Notes: generated from the letters alone by a model not told the origin. DNA of 50,759 bases from a virus (IMGVR_UViG_3300048839_000441:1-50759), one strand, 5' to 3'. Shown: positions 1 through 10,079, counted from the first letter of the stretch. Translations and numbers: made by a program.

Positions 1-127
1 AGCTATAATTATCCCGACACTTAAAACAGTCAGGCAGTACATCCAGAATTCAATTCTGCGGAATCGTTTAACGGCTTTCTTTACAAGTTCTGCGGCAGTT
101 ATAGCGTGGTCACAGTCGATTTTATTT
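1..127. repeat. Terminal direct repeat, copy 1 (circular assembly overlap)
   Basis: 1-127 is identical to 50633-50759; 127 is a common assembler k-mer; an ORF reads through the junction. Confidence 0.95.
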
Positions 128-523
128 CGCATCTCTAAGACCATTTGTTTTGTTTGGTTCATTCTGACTTAGTATTAGACAGTAGATTAGCCCCGTTAAT
201 AGGCCCGACACTGCTATTCCGCTCCACAGCACCGACCACGCCTCAGGTGACATCAAATAAAATCCAACATAACAACTTATATGATATACCAACTTAATCA
301 CAAAGTACGGAGGGAAAGCCCACCGGAAAAATACCTTTATAAAACCACTTGAAAGATAAGCAATATAAAGGCTCATGGTTAACAATAGGGAGTTTTCCGA
401 CAACGCCCACAGTGCTGACCATGACTTAGTTTCAGATCCTGCGACATGATAAAGGCTTATCACTATCGCAAACACAAGGCAAGCAATTAAAGTGATAAGC
501 CCTATTTTGTCTTTCTGCTTCAT
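122..523 (-). CDS. Multi-pass membrane protein (about 4 TM)
   Basis: 133 aa, four hydrophobic stretches; ATGA-coupled to the upstream polyproline ORF. Confidence 0.75.
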   Translation of the reverse strand: MKQKDKIGLITLIACLVFAIVISLYHVAGSETKSWSALWALSENSLLLTMSLYIAYLSSGFIKVFFRWAFPPYFVIKLVYHISCYVGFYLMSPEAWSVLWSGIAVSGLLTGLIYCLILSQNEPNKTNGLRDAK

Positions 524-585
524 TTCTTTGGAGGAGGCGGAGGGGGAGGCGGAGGATCAACGGGACGTGTCTTTTTCTTTTTCAT
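520..585 (-). CDS. 21-aa basic polyproline peptide MKKKKTRPVDPPPPPPPPPKK
   Basis: Hand translation; nine Pro encoded by mixed CCT/CCG/CCC/CCA codons; its TGA overlaps the next ATG. Confidence 0.7.
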   Translation of the reverse strand: MKKKKTRPVDPPPPPPPPPKK

Positions 586-616
586 AACTTCTATTTTTAT
601 AGTGTGGCAATGGTAA

Positions 617-724
617 TTACATCCAATTAGGCAATGATTCAGATACTCCCAATATCAGTTCTCCGGCCAGCACCACGAGCAGTGCTGCCTCAATGAGCTT
701 TGAGATAATGGTAAATGCTTTCAT
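617..724 (-). CDS. 35-aa hydrophobic peptide repeating the C-terminus of 727..1017
   Basis: MKAFTIISKLIEAALLVVLAGELILGVSESLPNWM; ELILGVSE.LPN is shared with the upstream gene, with synonymous differences. Confidence 0.65.
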   Translation of the reverse strand: MKAFTIISKLIEAALLVVLAGELILGVSESLPNWM

Positions 725-726
725 GG

Positions 727-1017
727 TCAGAAGTTTGGTAATGGTTCAGATACTCCAAGAATCAACTCTGCTGCGAGCCACAACGCAGGGCCAACTACAG
801 CCCCAGTGAAGCCCCAAAAGAAGTCGTAATAGTCAGGCGTCCCAAGGTGCAGCCACTTGTCGTAGATGACCTCTTTTGCTGCCGCTGCCAGTGTCGCTAC
901 AAAGTAGCCAAATGCCATGTCCCAATTATACAACATAGGGAACCACAGATGTGAGGCCGCTATCGCTGCTATCGCAATGACTACTGCTACTAAAAAGTGT
1001 TTAAGTTTATCGTTCAT
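727..1017 (-). CDS. Small membrane protein (DKxxH...KE..D type, DUF2279/VanZ-like)
   Basis: DKLKHF, KEVIYDK and GTPDYYDF motifs; 3 TM segments. Confidence 0.6.
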   Translation of the reverse strand: MNDKLKHFLVAVVIAIAAIAASHLWFPMLYNWDMAFGYFVATLAAAAKEVIYDKWLHLGTPDYYDFFWGFTGAVVGPALWLAAELILGVSEPLPNF

Positions 1018-1054
1018 ATCGTTCGTTTTTGGTGTATGACAGCGACTACACTAA

Positions 1055-2710
1055 TTACATCAAATCAATAAGTTCAGAATGTGTTATAATGTCCATCCCC
1101 AAAGATTTAGCAAAATCAATGATTTCCGCTAACTGAGATGATGTAATATTATTCTCTACGTCTATTGCATGAACATATAAAATGACAGCCGACCTTGATG
1201 TGTTGGCACTAACTAATAGCGGAGCAATCCTGTCCATATTTGCCTCTGCTGGAATACTAATACTGTATGATGGTAAATTATATTTATCGGTATTGGGTGT
1301 AACCAATCCTTCCGCTGTTCCCCGTGCCGAAGCCCTTACCATAGAAGTCCACGTCCTCACATTATCATTACTTTCACCAAATGGATATGCAGTATGTATT
1401 GGAATCCGCACTCCGTTGGCAGTAAACCTATCGTCAAGGTCAGTATATTCAGCCAACACATCGGCTTCAGAAAGAGTTGTAAGGTGTTTATGGTTATCGG
1501 TATGACACTGCACATCATGCCCGTCTAATAATAAATCCCTTATATCATCCCATGTTAAAAACGTACCCCCTATTAATCCGATTCCCGCACCGATTACATA
1601 TGTTGTACCTTTTACTCCTTTATCATTAAGCAAAGGAGCCACGCTTGAGATATAATTTTTATACCCATCATCAGCAGTTATAAGCAACTTACCATTATCA
1701 AACATCATTTTTTTTTTAAGATAATTGGTAATTATCGTAGTGTTGTCATTATCTACCAACACCCTGCTAAACAACAACTCCTTATATGCAAAACTGGCGG
1801 GTAATGTCAATGATGCAGTTGAACCAAGGGTAATCCCATTCATATTAGTTGCTCCGAAATTTCCTGTTATCGGAGCATTATCATCTACTTGCAATACACT
1901 ATTTGCTCCATTAAATACAATACGGACAATATGCCACTCGTTTAATGTTAAGTTCGCAGATTCGTTTGAATAGGCCGTACCTGCATAAACCGCTACATTA
2001 GGTGTTGTAGTCCTTTGTCGCAGAAGGCCGCTGTTGGTGTTTTTACCATCTATCAATGTCGCATTCCCACCCCATGTTAAGGGCTTAATCAATGCAAATA
2101 TGGTTGTAGGTTGATTTATTCCCACACCTGGATTTGTAACCAGATAATCGTTTATTCCGTCAAGTGTTATTGAATTATCAACCGCCCAAATAGGATATGT
2201 GGTTGCGCCCCCCGAACCGATAAGGGGCACATTTTCGGTGTTTTTATTTTTATGTAGGGAAACCTCTCCCGTACCTGCGTCTTTGGTTATGTTTGAAACA
2301 TCCCCCGCATCATACCACAGGAAGTCATAAACCCCTGCTGTCTGATGGCTAAGTATTGCCGGTTCAAGCGTTGTGTCAGAATCAATATTTGAGGCGGGAG
2401 AATAATTTGTACCTTTATATGCTTTTACCCTGTAATAGTAAAGCGTGTAAGGGGTTAACCCCGTATCTGTAAATGTTTCAGTACCTACCGCTACTGTATC
2501 AACCTCCGCATAATTTACTCCATCCTCAGACCTTTCGATAGAATAGCCGTCATAATCCTCCACTCCATTAGCCGTCCAATCTGCCGTAATTGATACGTCA
2601 GATACTACGGTCAGTGCTAAATCCGATGGTGTTCGTGTAGTCCAGTATGAACTCCACGAAACGCCCCCTCGGTTGAACGGTATGCAGTTTCCAATAGCTA
2701 TTCCCGGCAT
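1055..2710 (-). CDS. Tail fibre/spike-like protein: FN3 + LamG/ConA-like + CE4 (NodB) polysaccharide deacetylase
   Basis: FN3 signature (FTDTGLTPYTLYYYRVKAY); LamG-like WHIVRIVFNG..LQVDD; CE4 motifs TADDG, HTDNH, AYPFG, ILYVH; located at the end of the tail module. Confidence 0.75.
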   Translation of the reverse strand: MPGIAIGNCIPFNRGGVSWSSYWTTRTPSDLALTVVSDVSITADWTANGVEDYDGYSIERSEDGVNYAEVDTVAVGTETFTDTGLTPYTLYYYRVKAYKGTNYSPASNIDSDTTLEPAILSHQTAGVYDFLWYDAGDVSNITKDAGTGEVSLHKNKNTENVPLIGSGGATTYPIWAVDNSITLDGINDYLVTNPGVGINQPTTIFALIKPLTWGGNATLIDGKNTNSGLLRQRTTTPNVAVYAGTAYSNESANLTLNEWHIVRIVFNGANSVLQVDDNAPITGNFGATNMNGITLGSTASLTLPASFAYKELLFSRVLVDNDNTTIITNYLKKKMMFDNGKLLITADDGYKNYISSVAPLLNDKGVKGTTYVIGAGIGLIGGTFLTWDDIRDLLLDGHDVQCHTDNHKHLTTLSEADVLAEYTDLDDRFTANGVRIPIHTAYPFGESNDNVRTWTSMVRASARGTAEGLVTPNTDKYNLPSYSISIPAEANMDRIAPLLVSANTSRSAVILYVHAIDVENNITSSQLAEIIDFAKSLGMDIITHSELIDLM

Positions 2711-2722
2711 ATATTTTGAATT

Positions 2723-2745
2723 AAAAAGCCCCGAAAATGGGGCTT
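2723..2745 (-). terminator. Rho-independent terminator
   Basis: AAGCCCC-ATTTTC-GGGGCTT followed by a T run on the minus strand. Confidence 0.75.
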
Positions 2746-2748
2746 ATG

Positions 2749-3084
2749 TTACCACCCTACTAAAAATGTACCAGCAGTCCCCGTCTTATAAACAGTCCGG
2801 ATATTCAAATGTAGCCACTGACCTACATTAGCCCCTGCCATGACTGCGGTAATCGTAAAATCAGTACCATCAGCAAGTTGCACCTCAATCACCCCCGCAA
2901 CCTCAACCGCAATCCGAAACGTCCCATCGGGAGTATTCATATTTGCTGCTGTATAGTTTCCTGTAAGTGCAGTCATATCAACCACACCTACATCCTCATC
3001 GGTCCCGTTTATGAAGAACCCGACATAATTACCGAGAACATCCTTTGTTGCCCCCGGCGACTTGAAATCACCACATCCAGGCAT
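2749..3084 (-). CDS. Small virion protein preceding the tail fibre
   Basis: Beta-rich; C-terminal IRTVYKTGTAG resembles small proteins found before spike genes. Confidence 0.5.
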   Translation of the reverse strand: MPGCGDFKSPGATKDVLGNYVGFFINGTDEDVGVVDMTALTGNYTAANMNTPDGTFRIAVEVAGVIEVQLADGTDFTITAVMAGANVGQWLHLNIRTVYKTGTAGTFLVGW

Positions 3085-3359
3085 TACTCAGGATTTTGTA
3101 CTATGGTTCCGTCGCAGTTAATGAGCTTAATTGCCAAATTGCCACATCCGTCAAGGCCAAAGCCAAGAGGCAGGAGTGAAGCCCATTGTTCAGTATTATT
3201 GCAATCCAATACAGGAGTACAATCGCAAGCCTCGGCAGTATCAACCGTTACGTTGAAGCCGTATGATCCATCTGCTTTTACAACAATTGTTGAAGCCAGC
3301 AGTTTCAGAAAATCAACCGGGAAGGGGTATCCGCAAACTTCCGTTACATCTATAGCCAT
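3084..3359 (-). CDS. Cys-rich hypothetical structural protein
   Basis: 91 aa; TAATG-coupled within the tail operon. Confidence 0.55.
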   Translation of the reverse strand: MAIDVTEVCGYPFPVDFLKLLASTIVVKADGSYGFNVTVDTAEACDCTPVLDCNNTEQWASLLPLGFGLDGCGNLAIKLINCDGTIVQNPE

Positions 3360-3377
3360 CTCTTTACTTTTTAATTG

Positions 3378-3935
3378 TTATGCCATCGGAGATACGCACC
3401 TCAACGGTGAGAACTGAGACTTCCATTTTGCCGTACCAGTGAACTTAGCCAGTTCGGTAGATTCACGGGGTATGATATGATTAGCCCTGATCGTTGCTTC
3501 AATGCCGGTGTTTCCGCCGTAAAGCATTCCGTCCATCGTCTCATACCATAACTTAAACTTAAGATTGCACTCAAGTGTAAGTAGCCAGTTGTAGTTTACA
3601 TCGTTCGTTTCATCAACATCGAACGGGATAGTAAACTGTTTCAGCCCTACAGCAGTGCGGTCCCATGAAGTAGGAATTTCGCTCTGTTCGGGTTCGGGAA
3701 GATCAGCAAGCACAGGAAGTTCACGGATTTCATTACCCGTAACTGTAGCCGTGTCACTAAGTCTTGTGGTCCATTCAGCCAAGTCTTCTACATTTGAGAA
3801 GTCATCGGCATCAGCAGCAGCAATATAAAAAGTCTTAATCTGCCCGTAGTGATACTCCGGAGCACATAAGTCCTTTTCTATTGCAGGCAGTCCTGCACAT
3901 GATGTAGGACATTGGGGTAACAGCAAAACGCTCAT
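3378..3935 (-). CDS. Probable major tail (tube) protein
   Basis: 185 aa, acidic and beta-rich; TAnnTTTG box at 3961-3968; size and context. Confidence 0.55.
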   Translation of the reverse strand: MSVLLLPQCPTSCAGLPAIEKDLCAPEYHYGQIKTFYIAAADADDFSNVEDLAEWTTRLSDTATVTGNEIRELPVLADLPEPEQSEIPTSWDRTAVGLKQFTIPFDVDETNDVNYNWLLTLECNLKFKLWYETMDGMLYGGNTGIEATIRANHIIPRESTELAKFTGTAKWKSQFSPLRCVSPMA

Positions 3936-4002
3936 GATGTTTCAATTTTAATTAATTACTCAAAAATATTTACTATCTGTCTTTATACGTTAAATGTTAC
4001 AT

Positions 4003-4503
4003 TTAAAAACTATCTGCTGTTATATCCGTTTCATCGGCAGTAATAAGCGTAGAATCCGCTGTAAATCTCTCGACTTGTTCTACCGTTAAATTGTCGCAAC
4101 ATCCTGAAACAATAACCTTTTCATCCATATCAAATGTTATCGTAACAAGTGCCTGCCATAATCTTTTTTCAAACACCCACTCAGGCTCTATATCTACATT
4201 GTAAATCTGTTCTATTTCGCCGGTCTTAAAGGTTAGCTCAATATGATCGTGCAGCTTCATTCGCTGCATAGCATCAATTAAATAATCAGGAATTAATGTT
4301 GTTCTAATCCGATAACGTTTTAACCCTTTTCTATAAGTAGGAATAAATGTACCATCGCCATTCTCTTGTCCGTCCTCAACTTCCTCGTGAAAAGGCTCCG
4401 TAATGTCGCCGTCGATATAAAAAACAAAATGCTGACCGCCTTGATAATAAATATATCCCAGGTCGCATTCATTCCAGTATTCAAATCGCAAGTATTTATT
4501 CAT
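4003..4503 (-). CDS. Tail tip/baseplate-associated protein
   Basis: Position after the tape measure; C-terminal TADS/ITAD repeats. Confidence 0.5.
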   Translation of the reverse strand: MNKYLRFEYWNECDLGYIYYQGGQHFVFYIDGDITEPFHEEVEDGQENGDGTFIPTYRKGLKRYRIRTTLIPDYLIDAMQRMKLHDHIELTFKTGEIEQIYNVDIEPEWVFEKRLWQALVTITFDMDEKVIVSGCCDNLTVEQVERFTADSTLITADETDITADSF

Positions 4504-5353
4504 CGCAAACCTCCGTTAATATATTGCCAAACTCATCTCTCATGACGCATCCGTTAAAGTCAGTTAATGGTCGATATCCATCATGGATGTCCGATATATT
4601 ACACTCAGGCGCAAAGGGTACCGACCAGTAAGAATACGCACCATCAACTATCTCTATCTTATAAATACCACATTCAAGAAAAGTCTCTAAGCATCCACCC
4701 TCATAATAATAATATGTCATGCCAGCGATTGTTCTGACATGAATATCTAAGTCAATTTCCACTGCCTCACAATTATTGCAAACATCATAAAGATAAACCT
4801 CAAGCATTCCCTCTGTCGGGTTTGTCGTTGTAAACATAAACGGCAGGATGCTATCACATGGAGTAATTAATGGCAGGGTTTCAAATTGCTGTTCGGAGAA
4901 CTTAAAAGGGATCATTAATAAATCTCTTATTTTATAAGCATTCTCAGTGAATTCAAAATCCTCTACCATAATAGGCTCGAACCACCACATTTCACCAGCT
5001 ATCACTCTAAATTCATAAATTCCGCATTCAAGTTCTGGCGAAATAGAATCACCATTATATGAGTGAAAATAAAATCCTTCGCTAAACACACTATCAATAG
5101 TAAGCGTTATTTCTTCCCATACGCCTGACCCATAAACCGATATCTCGCATCTTTCAATATTGCCTGATGAAATTACCTGAAACGGGAGCAAAGAATATGT
5201 ATTTGTCACCAAAGCAGGGCAACAATCACCTGAATAAGTGATTTTATTCCGGGATATATATGACATCCACGGCTGCGGCTCCTGTCTATGGCAATTAAAT
5301 AATGACATAATCCATCGTATTAACCGAATTAACAAATCCCATATTTTTCTCAT
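4496..5353 (-). CDS. Tail protein with an internal two-domain duplication
   Basis: LPFQ...LECGIYEFRV...WFEP repeated as LPFM...LECGIYKIEI...WSVP. Confidence 0.55.
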   Translation of the reverse strand: MRKIWDLLIRLIRWIMSLFNCHRQEPQPWMSYISRNKITYSGDCCPALVTNTYSLLPFQVISSGNIERCEISVYGSGVWEEITLTIDSVFSEGFYFHSYNGDSISPELECGIYEFRVIAGEMWWFEPIMVEDFEFTENAYKIRDLLMIPFKFSEQQFETLPLITPCDSILPFMFTTTNPTEGMLEVYLYDVCNNCEAVEIDLDIHVRTIAGMTYYYYEGGCLETFLECGIYKIEIVDGAYSYWSVPFAPECNISDIHDGYRPLTDFNGCVMRDEFGNILTEVCDE

Positions 5354-5356
5354 ATA

Positions 5357-7390
5357 TTACCATTCTTCCTCAGATAAAATCACATTATAAACATCTCCGG
5401 CAACGGCAGCGGTCACGGTCACGGTTTTATTGCACTGATAGTTCTCTTTGCAATAAACCTCATCCCAGACATCATCCGCAAGATTCCTCTGGACTTTGAT
5501 ATAAACCGGATGCGAACTGGGAGTCGAACAATCATGCGGCTTAAATGTGAATGACAGTGAAGTAGAGCCGATTGATATCGTTCCGCTATGATTGTCAATA
5601 TACCAGGTTTCTCCGGCTTTAACTGAAACGACAACGGTAGGCAGTGCCGGAGGAGGAGGTTCACTACCGGCATCACCGCACTCTGCATCGGTAATCTGAA
5701 TGATCGGGAACAGTGGATCGTTAGGATAAGCACAACCCTCGCCGGAGTATTTGATTGCAACACCGTCAAGTGATGCAGATAGAAGATTGTATTTTAAATC
5801 ACCATATTCTATCGGGTCCATTCCGACAGTTGCATTGATGAGTTCTGAATGAGATAACTCACCTTCGAGAATAACATACTCCTGGCAGTTAGTTTCTTCA
5901 ATCCAAATCCAGAATGTCATATCAAACGGTGCAGGCTGATTCAGATAACAATGAACATAACTGTTATTATGAAGTGCCAAATCTTCGACAATCCACAGCG
6001 TAAAGTCCGGAGGTGTAGTTTCACCGCTGGCATTGGTTTCACCATACAGGAGGGTGAATCGCACCCCGCCATCAGGCTTTATTGTAGCTGATTTGACAAC
6101 TCCCTTTTCACCGTCGAAATAAGTCTCACCAAGTTCGGTTGTGATCAGATCATTCGGATCATAGTTATCTTCATAGCATACAATGGCATTTATTTCCTGT
6201 TGTTTGGTTGGTATGATTGATGCAAATTTAGTTAATCTGCCGTTCATGTAACCTTCTTCCAGTACCCGTCCGTGCCGGTGAAAGGCATCCTGAAGATTCG
6301 CCCATGACAGGTCCATATTGTATTTAAAATAAGTCCCGTATTTTGAATCAGCAAACCAGACATGAAGATCCGTACCGTCATAATAATTGGCTAAGAATAC
6401 AAATCCCTCGTCGGCTATTGTGAACGTATTAGCCTGGATCATCTCGATATCTGTAGTGACCGGCACCGTGTATTCACGGGTTTCACTCGATACACATGGC
6501 GAATCATACCAGATCGGCACCCCGACGAAAGCAATATTTGAAGCCTCTGCCCATAGGAATTTTTCATATTTTGGCATTTCCGGCTTATCATAGGAATACT
6601 TATTGCTCTTTACCGCTATCGCTTGTGTCTGTAAATCCAGTCCGGCAGTCTTCGAGAAATAACTATAATGCTCGACAATTATATTCACCCCATCGTAAAT
6701 CCAGTAAACATTGAACATCGTTTTCAGGATGTTCATAAAGTCATTCCAGGTTGTATTAGCTGCTGTTGCCGGATTTGAAGAAGTAGGCCGTTTAATATCT
6801 GATTTCTGTGCGACAGTGATAAGATTAACCCTGCTTGCAATGCCTGTCACATAGTTAGTCGCATCATTGAAGAAGCTTGAAACAACCGCAACACCGGGAA
6901 TGATATTATCTGCCAGGAACTCTATTACATCAATCAGCCAGCGGTTACGGGTATAGATTTCAGCTCCGCAGCTTGTAGTGACAACGGTAGGAACATCCAG
7001 GATATTGACCTCTTCTGCGCCCTTATTGTCAAATTCCATGTAATCATCATAAACCTTCGGAGTAATTGTAAACGTGCAGCGGTCTAGGTCAAACTCCCCA
7101 TCGGTTGTCGAGAACCAACCTGTCCAGTATTCATGATAAGTATCTGCTCCGCTATCCTTTTGTTCTATCTCCAATATCAGTCTTTCGCATGGAGAAGTGG
7201 CCTCAATGAGATAAAATAAAGAAAAGTCGTCACCCCCGTTATTGTCTGTAAAAATTAATGAGCCACTGAATGAGCGACGATAATAAATCTTGTCCTTTTC
7301 ACGGGCGTCAACAAGCGAGGTAGAACGGAAATTCAAAGGAAAAACCTCAACTCTCGACGACAACGCGGTTATGTAAAATCGATAATTCAT
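5357..7390 (-). CDS. Tail hub/tip protein
   Basis: 677 aa immediately downstream of the tape measure; ATGA-coupled. Confidence 0.6.
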   Translation of the reverse strand: MNYRFYITALSSRVEVFPLNFRSTSLVDAREKDKIYYRRSFSGSLIFTDNNGGDDFSLFYLIEATSPCERLILEIEQKDSGADTYHEYWTGWFSTTDGEFDLDRCTFTITPKVYDDYMEFDNKGAEEVNILDVPTVVTTSCGAEIYTRNRWLIDVIEFLADNIIPGVAVVSSFFNDATNYVTGIASRVNLITVAQKSDIKRPTSSNPATAANTTWNDFMNILKTMFNVYWIYDGVNIIVEHYSYFSKTAGLDLQTQAIAVKSNKYSYDKPEMPKYEKFLWAEASNIAFVGVPIWYDSPCVSSETREYTVPVTTDIEMIQANTFTIADEGFVFLANYYDGTDLHVWFADSKYGTYFKYNMDLSWANLQDAFHRHGRVLEEGYMNGRLTKFASIIPTKQQEINAIVCYEDNYDPNDLITTELGETYFDGEKGVVKSATIKPDGGVRFTLLYGETNASGETTPPDFTLWIVEDLALHNNSYVHCYLNQPAPFDMTFWIWIEETNCQEYVILEGELSHSELINATVGMDPIEYGDLKYNLLSASLDGVAIKYSGEGCAYPNDPLFPIIQITDAECGDAGSEPPPPALPTVVVSVKAGETWYIDNHSGTISIGSTSLSFTFKPHDCSTPSSHPVYIKVQRNLADDVWDEVYCKENYQCNKTVTVTAAVAGDVYNVILSEEEW

Positions 7391-9861
7391 TTTCTTATTA
7401 TCCTCGTTTTATTGCCTCGCTTTTCTATTCTCATATTTGGATAGTCCTGAACATTTGGACGTGACATGATAAATTCATTCTGCCGGATAAGCTGATACTC
7501 GACTTTATCCAGTCGTTCGCTTAGTCCGTTTACATCAATATTGATATTATTGACCGCATCACTCCGGTCAACAACCAGGTTATCACGATTGAAGTTATTC
7601 ACTATCTCGGTGAATGCTTTACCATACTTAGCAGAAGCACGGCGGTTCAGCACTCCGAACATCTCGCCCCTCTCGACCTCAACATGATCCAGTAATCTCT
7701 CGCCGCCCTGTTTATGAGTCCTGCCTGTTATTACTCCGGTATCGTCACCAACACCACCCTCGGCAAGTTTGGTTACTTGTGCGGACTTAATCTTAGCAGC
7801 GGCAAAGGCAGTGAACATTGTGGCAATTGTGGCAATGGCAGCGACAATTCCAATCGGCCCCAGAGGACTGAGTGACTTGAATATGTCTGCTGATGCTGTT
7901 ATGAGTGATGATACTTGGCTCACCGTATCCAATGCCCTTTGAGCTTTCAGGGCCTTTTCTTCTTCTTTTAGTGCTGTTGCGCGGGCGACTTTTAATTGTT
8001 CGAGTTCTTTTCTCTTGGCATCGACATTATTAGCAAATCCCTCCTCCATTAACCGTGTTTCGGTATCCAATGCCCTCTGAGTTTCAGCTATCTGAGTATC
8101 ATAAAGCTCGCGTGTACGCTGTGCATCTTCGAGTCGTGCGGCAAAAATATCATCCAGCACGCCTTTCATTGTTTCAACACTATTCTGAATAGCCTCCTGC
8201 GCTTCAGGCGAATCCCCTAATCCTATGTAATCCCAGATGGTTTTTTCTGCCTGTTTGCCTGCTAATTCTTTATCAATTAATCCTAATTGAAGTTCAAGCA
8301 GTTCGGCCTGTTGCTGAAGTATTGGGTCCTGAGATGATTTTAAAAGGTCAATCCGTGCCTGTATCCATTTTTTCTGAATCTCAAGTTCTTTCTCCCCGGT
8401 AAGTTCTCCGGCAAGTTCAGCAGTTTTAAGATCGAGATTCTCCCTGAAGTCAAGAAAATCCATTCTTTGCTTAATGGCCTTATCGTAGGTCTCAGTCCAG
8501 AAATCAGTCGTCGCTTGTTGCTCCTGCCGCGTTGCTATTTCTGCATCCCTGATAGCCTTTGCCCGTAACCCTTCAATCCATTTATAATGATCTTCGGTAA
8601 GTGTGCCAAGTGATTCAAGGTGTGCCTGAAGCATATCATATTGCCGGAGTTGATAGTCGCGTTCGGCAATGATTTTATCCTCACCCGTCAACCCTTGTAT
8701 GACTATCTGTTCATATTCCTGTTGAAGTTTCAGCGAAGCGTCGGTAAATTCTTTGAGGTTTTTAAGTCTTTCTTCTTCTGCCTTTTTGCGATTCTCATTT
8801 GCTTCTCTGTTTATTTCCTCCTCAAATCCGGTCATGCGTGACAGGTTTCGCTTATTCTCTTCATAATAACGGGTATCGAGATCAATCCAAGTAGCATAAA
8901 GTTGGTCAATGTTATTTACTTTATCTTCATTACGGTTGAATAAGTCTTTTACTGCCTGATCTGCAAGTTCTCGCTCTTTGTCGTCCATTTTAACGAAGTT
9001 AAGAAGCTCTAACTCTGTGACCTTATTTTTAGCAGCAAGAACCTTAATCTCTTCATCAATTTTTCTGCGGACAAACTCCCTTTGTGCATTAACCTCTTGA
9101 AGTCCTAAATCCAACGCTTCCTGAAGTGCTTTTTTTCTTTCGGCAGAACTTTTCGCTCTGTCCTGTGCCGTAAATTCTAACCGGGCTATCTTATTTCTGT
9201 TTTCAGCAGCAGTAGATACATAGTTTTTTTCAGCATCTTCAATAGCATCAATAGCATATACATAATCATAGGCAGCCTTTGTCGCATCTCTCATTTGATC
9301 ACCTATTCCGGTAAATGATGCTTTCATATCTTCACCGGCCTGCTTCCAATTGCCTTTGAATAAATTGCCAATAGCAGACGTAAAGTTTAATACCCTTTGC
9401 CGGAGAACATCCATTATAGCCCTTAACTGCTCGAATCGTGCCTGTATCGCATTGGCTCCACTGTCTGTTGATTTAAATATCTTAATCAATCCGGCCAACG
9501 CTCCGACAATAGCAGTTATAACCAATACAATAGGATTAGCCAATAACGCCTTAAAAGCGGCACTCAATGATCTCACCCCTCCGACGGCACGACCAGCAGC
9601 CCCGCCCATACCCTGAACGGCATCAGCGGCCTGCTTGGTTTTGGCAGTGTGAGCCTCCATGTCTTTCGTATCAAAGGCTTTCTTTCGCTCTGTTGCCGCT
9701 TTCTCGTATGCTTTTGAGGTTTGATTAATGACGTTTTGCTGATTTTTACCAAGCTCCTTGCCTTTATCATCTAATTGCTGAGTCGCTTGCGTAGCATCCT
9801 TCAGTCCTTTAACATATTGCGAGTTATCTGCTACTATTTCAAATTCTATCCGTTTCGCCAT
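7387..9861 (-). CDS. Tail tape measure protein
   Basis: 824 aa helical, A/E/K-rich; hydrophobic segments (ALLANPIVLVITAIVGAL, GPIGIVAAIATIATMF); C-terminal LAEGG...GRTHKQGGE; follows the chaperone pair. Confidence 0.9.
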   Translation of the reverse strand: MAKRIEFEIVADNSQYVKGLKDATQATQQLDDKGKELGKNQQNVINQTSKAYEKAATERKKAFDTKDMEAHTAKTKQAADAVQGMGGAAGRAVGGVRSLSAAFKALLANPIVLVITAIVGALAGLIKIFKSTDSGANAIQARFEQLRAIMDVLRQRVLNFTSAIGNLFKGNWKQAGEDMKASFTGIGDQMRDATKAAYDYVYAIDAIEDAEKNYVSTAAENRNKIARLEFTAQDRAKSSAERKKALQEALDLGLQEVNAQREFVRRKIDEEIKVLAAKNKVTELELLNFVKMDDKERELADQAVKDLFNRNEDKVNNIDQLYATWIDLDTRYYEENKRNLSRMTGFEEEINREANENRKKAEEERLKNLKEFTDASLKLQQEYEQIVIQGLTGEDKIIAERDYQLRQYDMLQAHLESLGTLTEDHYKWIEGLRAKAIRDAEIATRQEQQATTDFWTETYDKAIKQRMDFLDFRENLDLKTAELAGELTGEKELEIQKKWIQARIDLLKSSQDPILQQQAELLELQLGLIDKELAGKQAEKTIWDYIGLGDSPEAQEAIQNSVETMKGVLDDIFAARLEDAQRTRELYDTQIAETQRALDTETRLMEEGFANNVDAKRKELEQLKVARATALKEEEKALKAQRALDTVSQVSSLITASADIFKSLSPLGPIGIVAAIATIATMFTAFAAAKIKSAQVTKLAEGGVGDDTGVITGRTHKQGGERLLDHVEVERGEMFGVLNRRASAKYGKAFTEIVNNFNRDNLVVDRSDAVNNINIDVNGLSERLDKVEYQLIRQNEFIMSRPNVQDYPNMRIEKRGNKTRIIRK

Positions 9862-10079
9862 TTCTTCCGCTTTTGTTCCTCAACTCTTTTCCTTTGTTCT
9901 TCAACTTTCCATTCATAGTTTGTAAGAAAAGCAAAAAACTCAAACACATCAAATCTTGTCAGCCGGTCTATCTCTGAAGGCTCACCCCCGCAGACAACAT
10001 ATAACAGATCAGACCAGTATTTTTCATTTTCAACTAACTCTAAGTAAACGTTCCTTACTCCTTTTCGCTCTCCTTTTTT
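9846..10079 (-). CDS. Tail assembly chaperone GT extension (-1 frame)
   Basis: Open -1 frame from the slippery site A-AAA-AAG (10079-10073) to 9846, just before the tape measure. Confidence 0.75.
   Translation of the reverse strand, partial: KKGERKGVRNVYLELVENEKYWSDLLYVVCGGEPSEIDRLTRFDVFEFFAFLTNYEWKVEEQRKRVEEQKRKKWRNG

Noticed and set aside
1-127. Biological terminal repeat of the virion DNA
   Set aside because: The length matches a common assembler k-mer and the repeat falls inside an ORF, so it is best read as a circularisation overlap.
1055-7390. Diversity-generating retroelement acting on tail genes
   Set aside because: No reverse transcriptase and no adenine-specific TR/VR pair were seen; the 617-780 duplication differs at non-A positions too.
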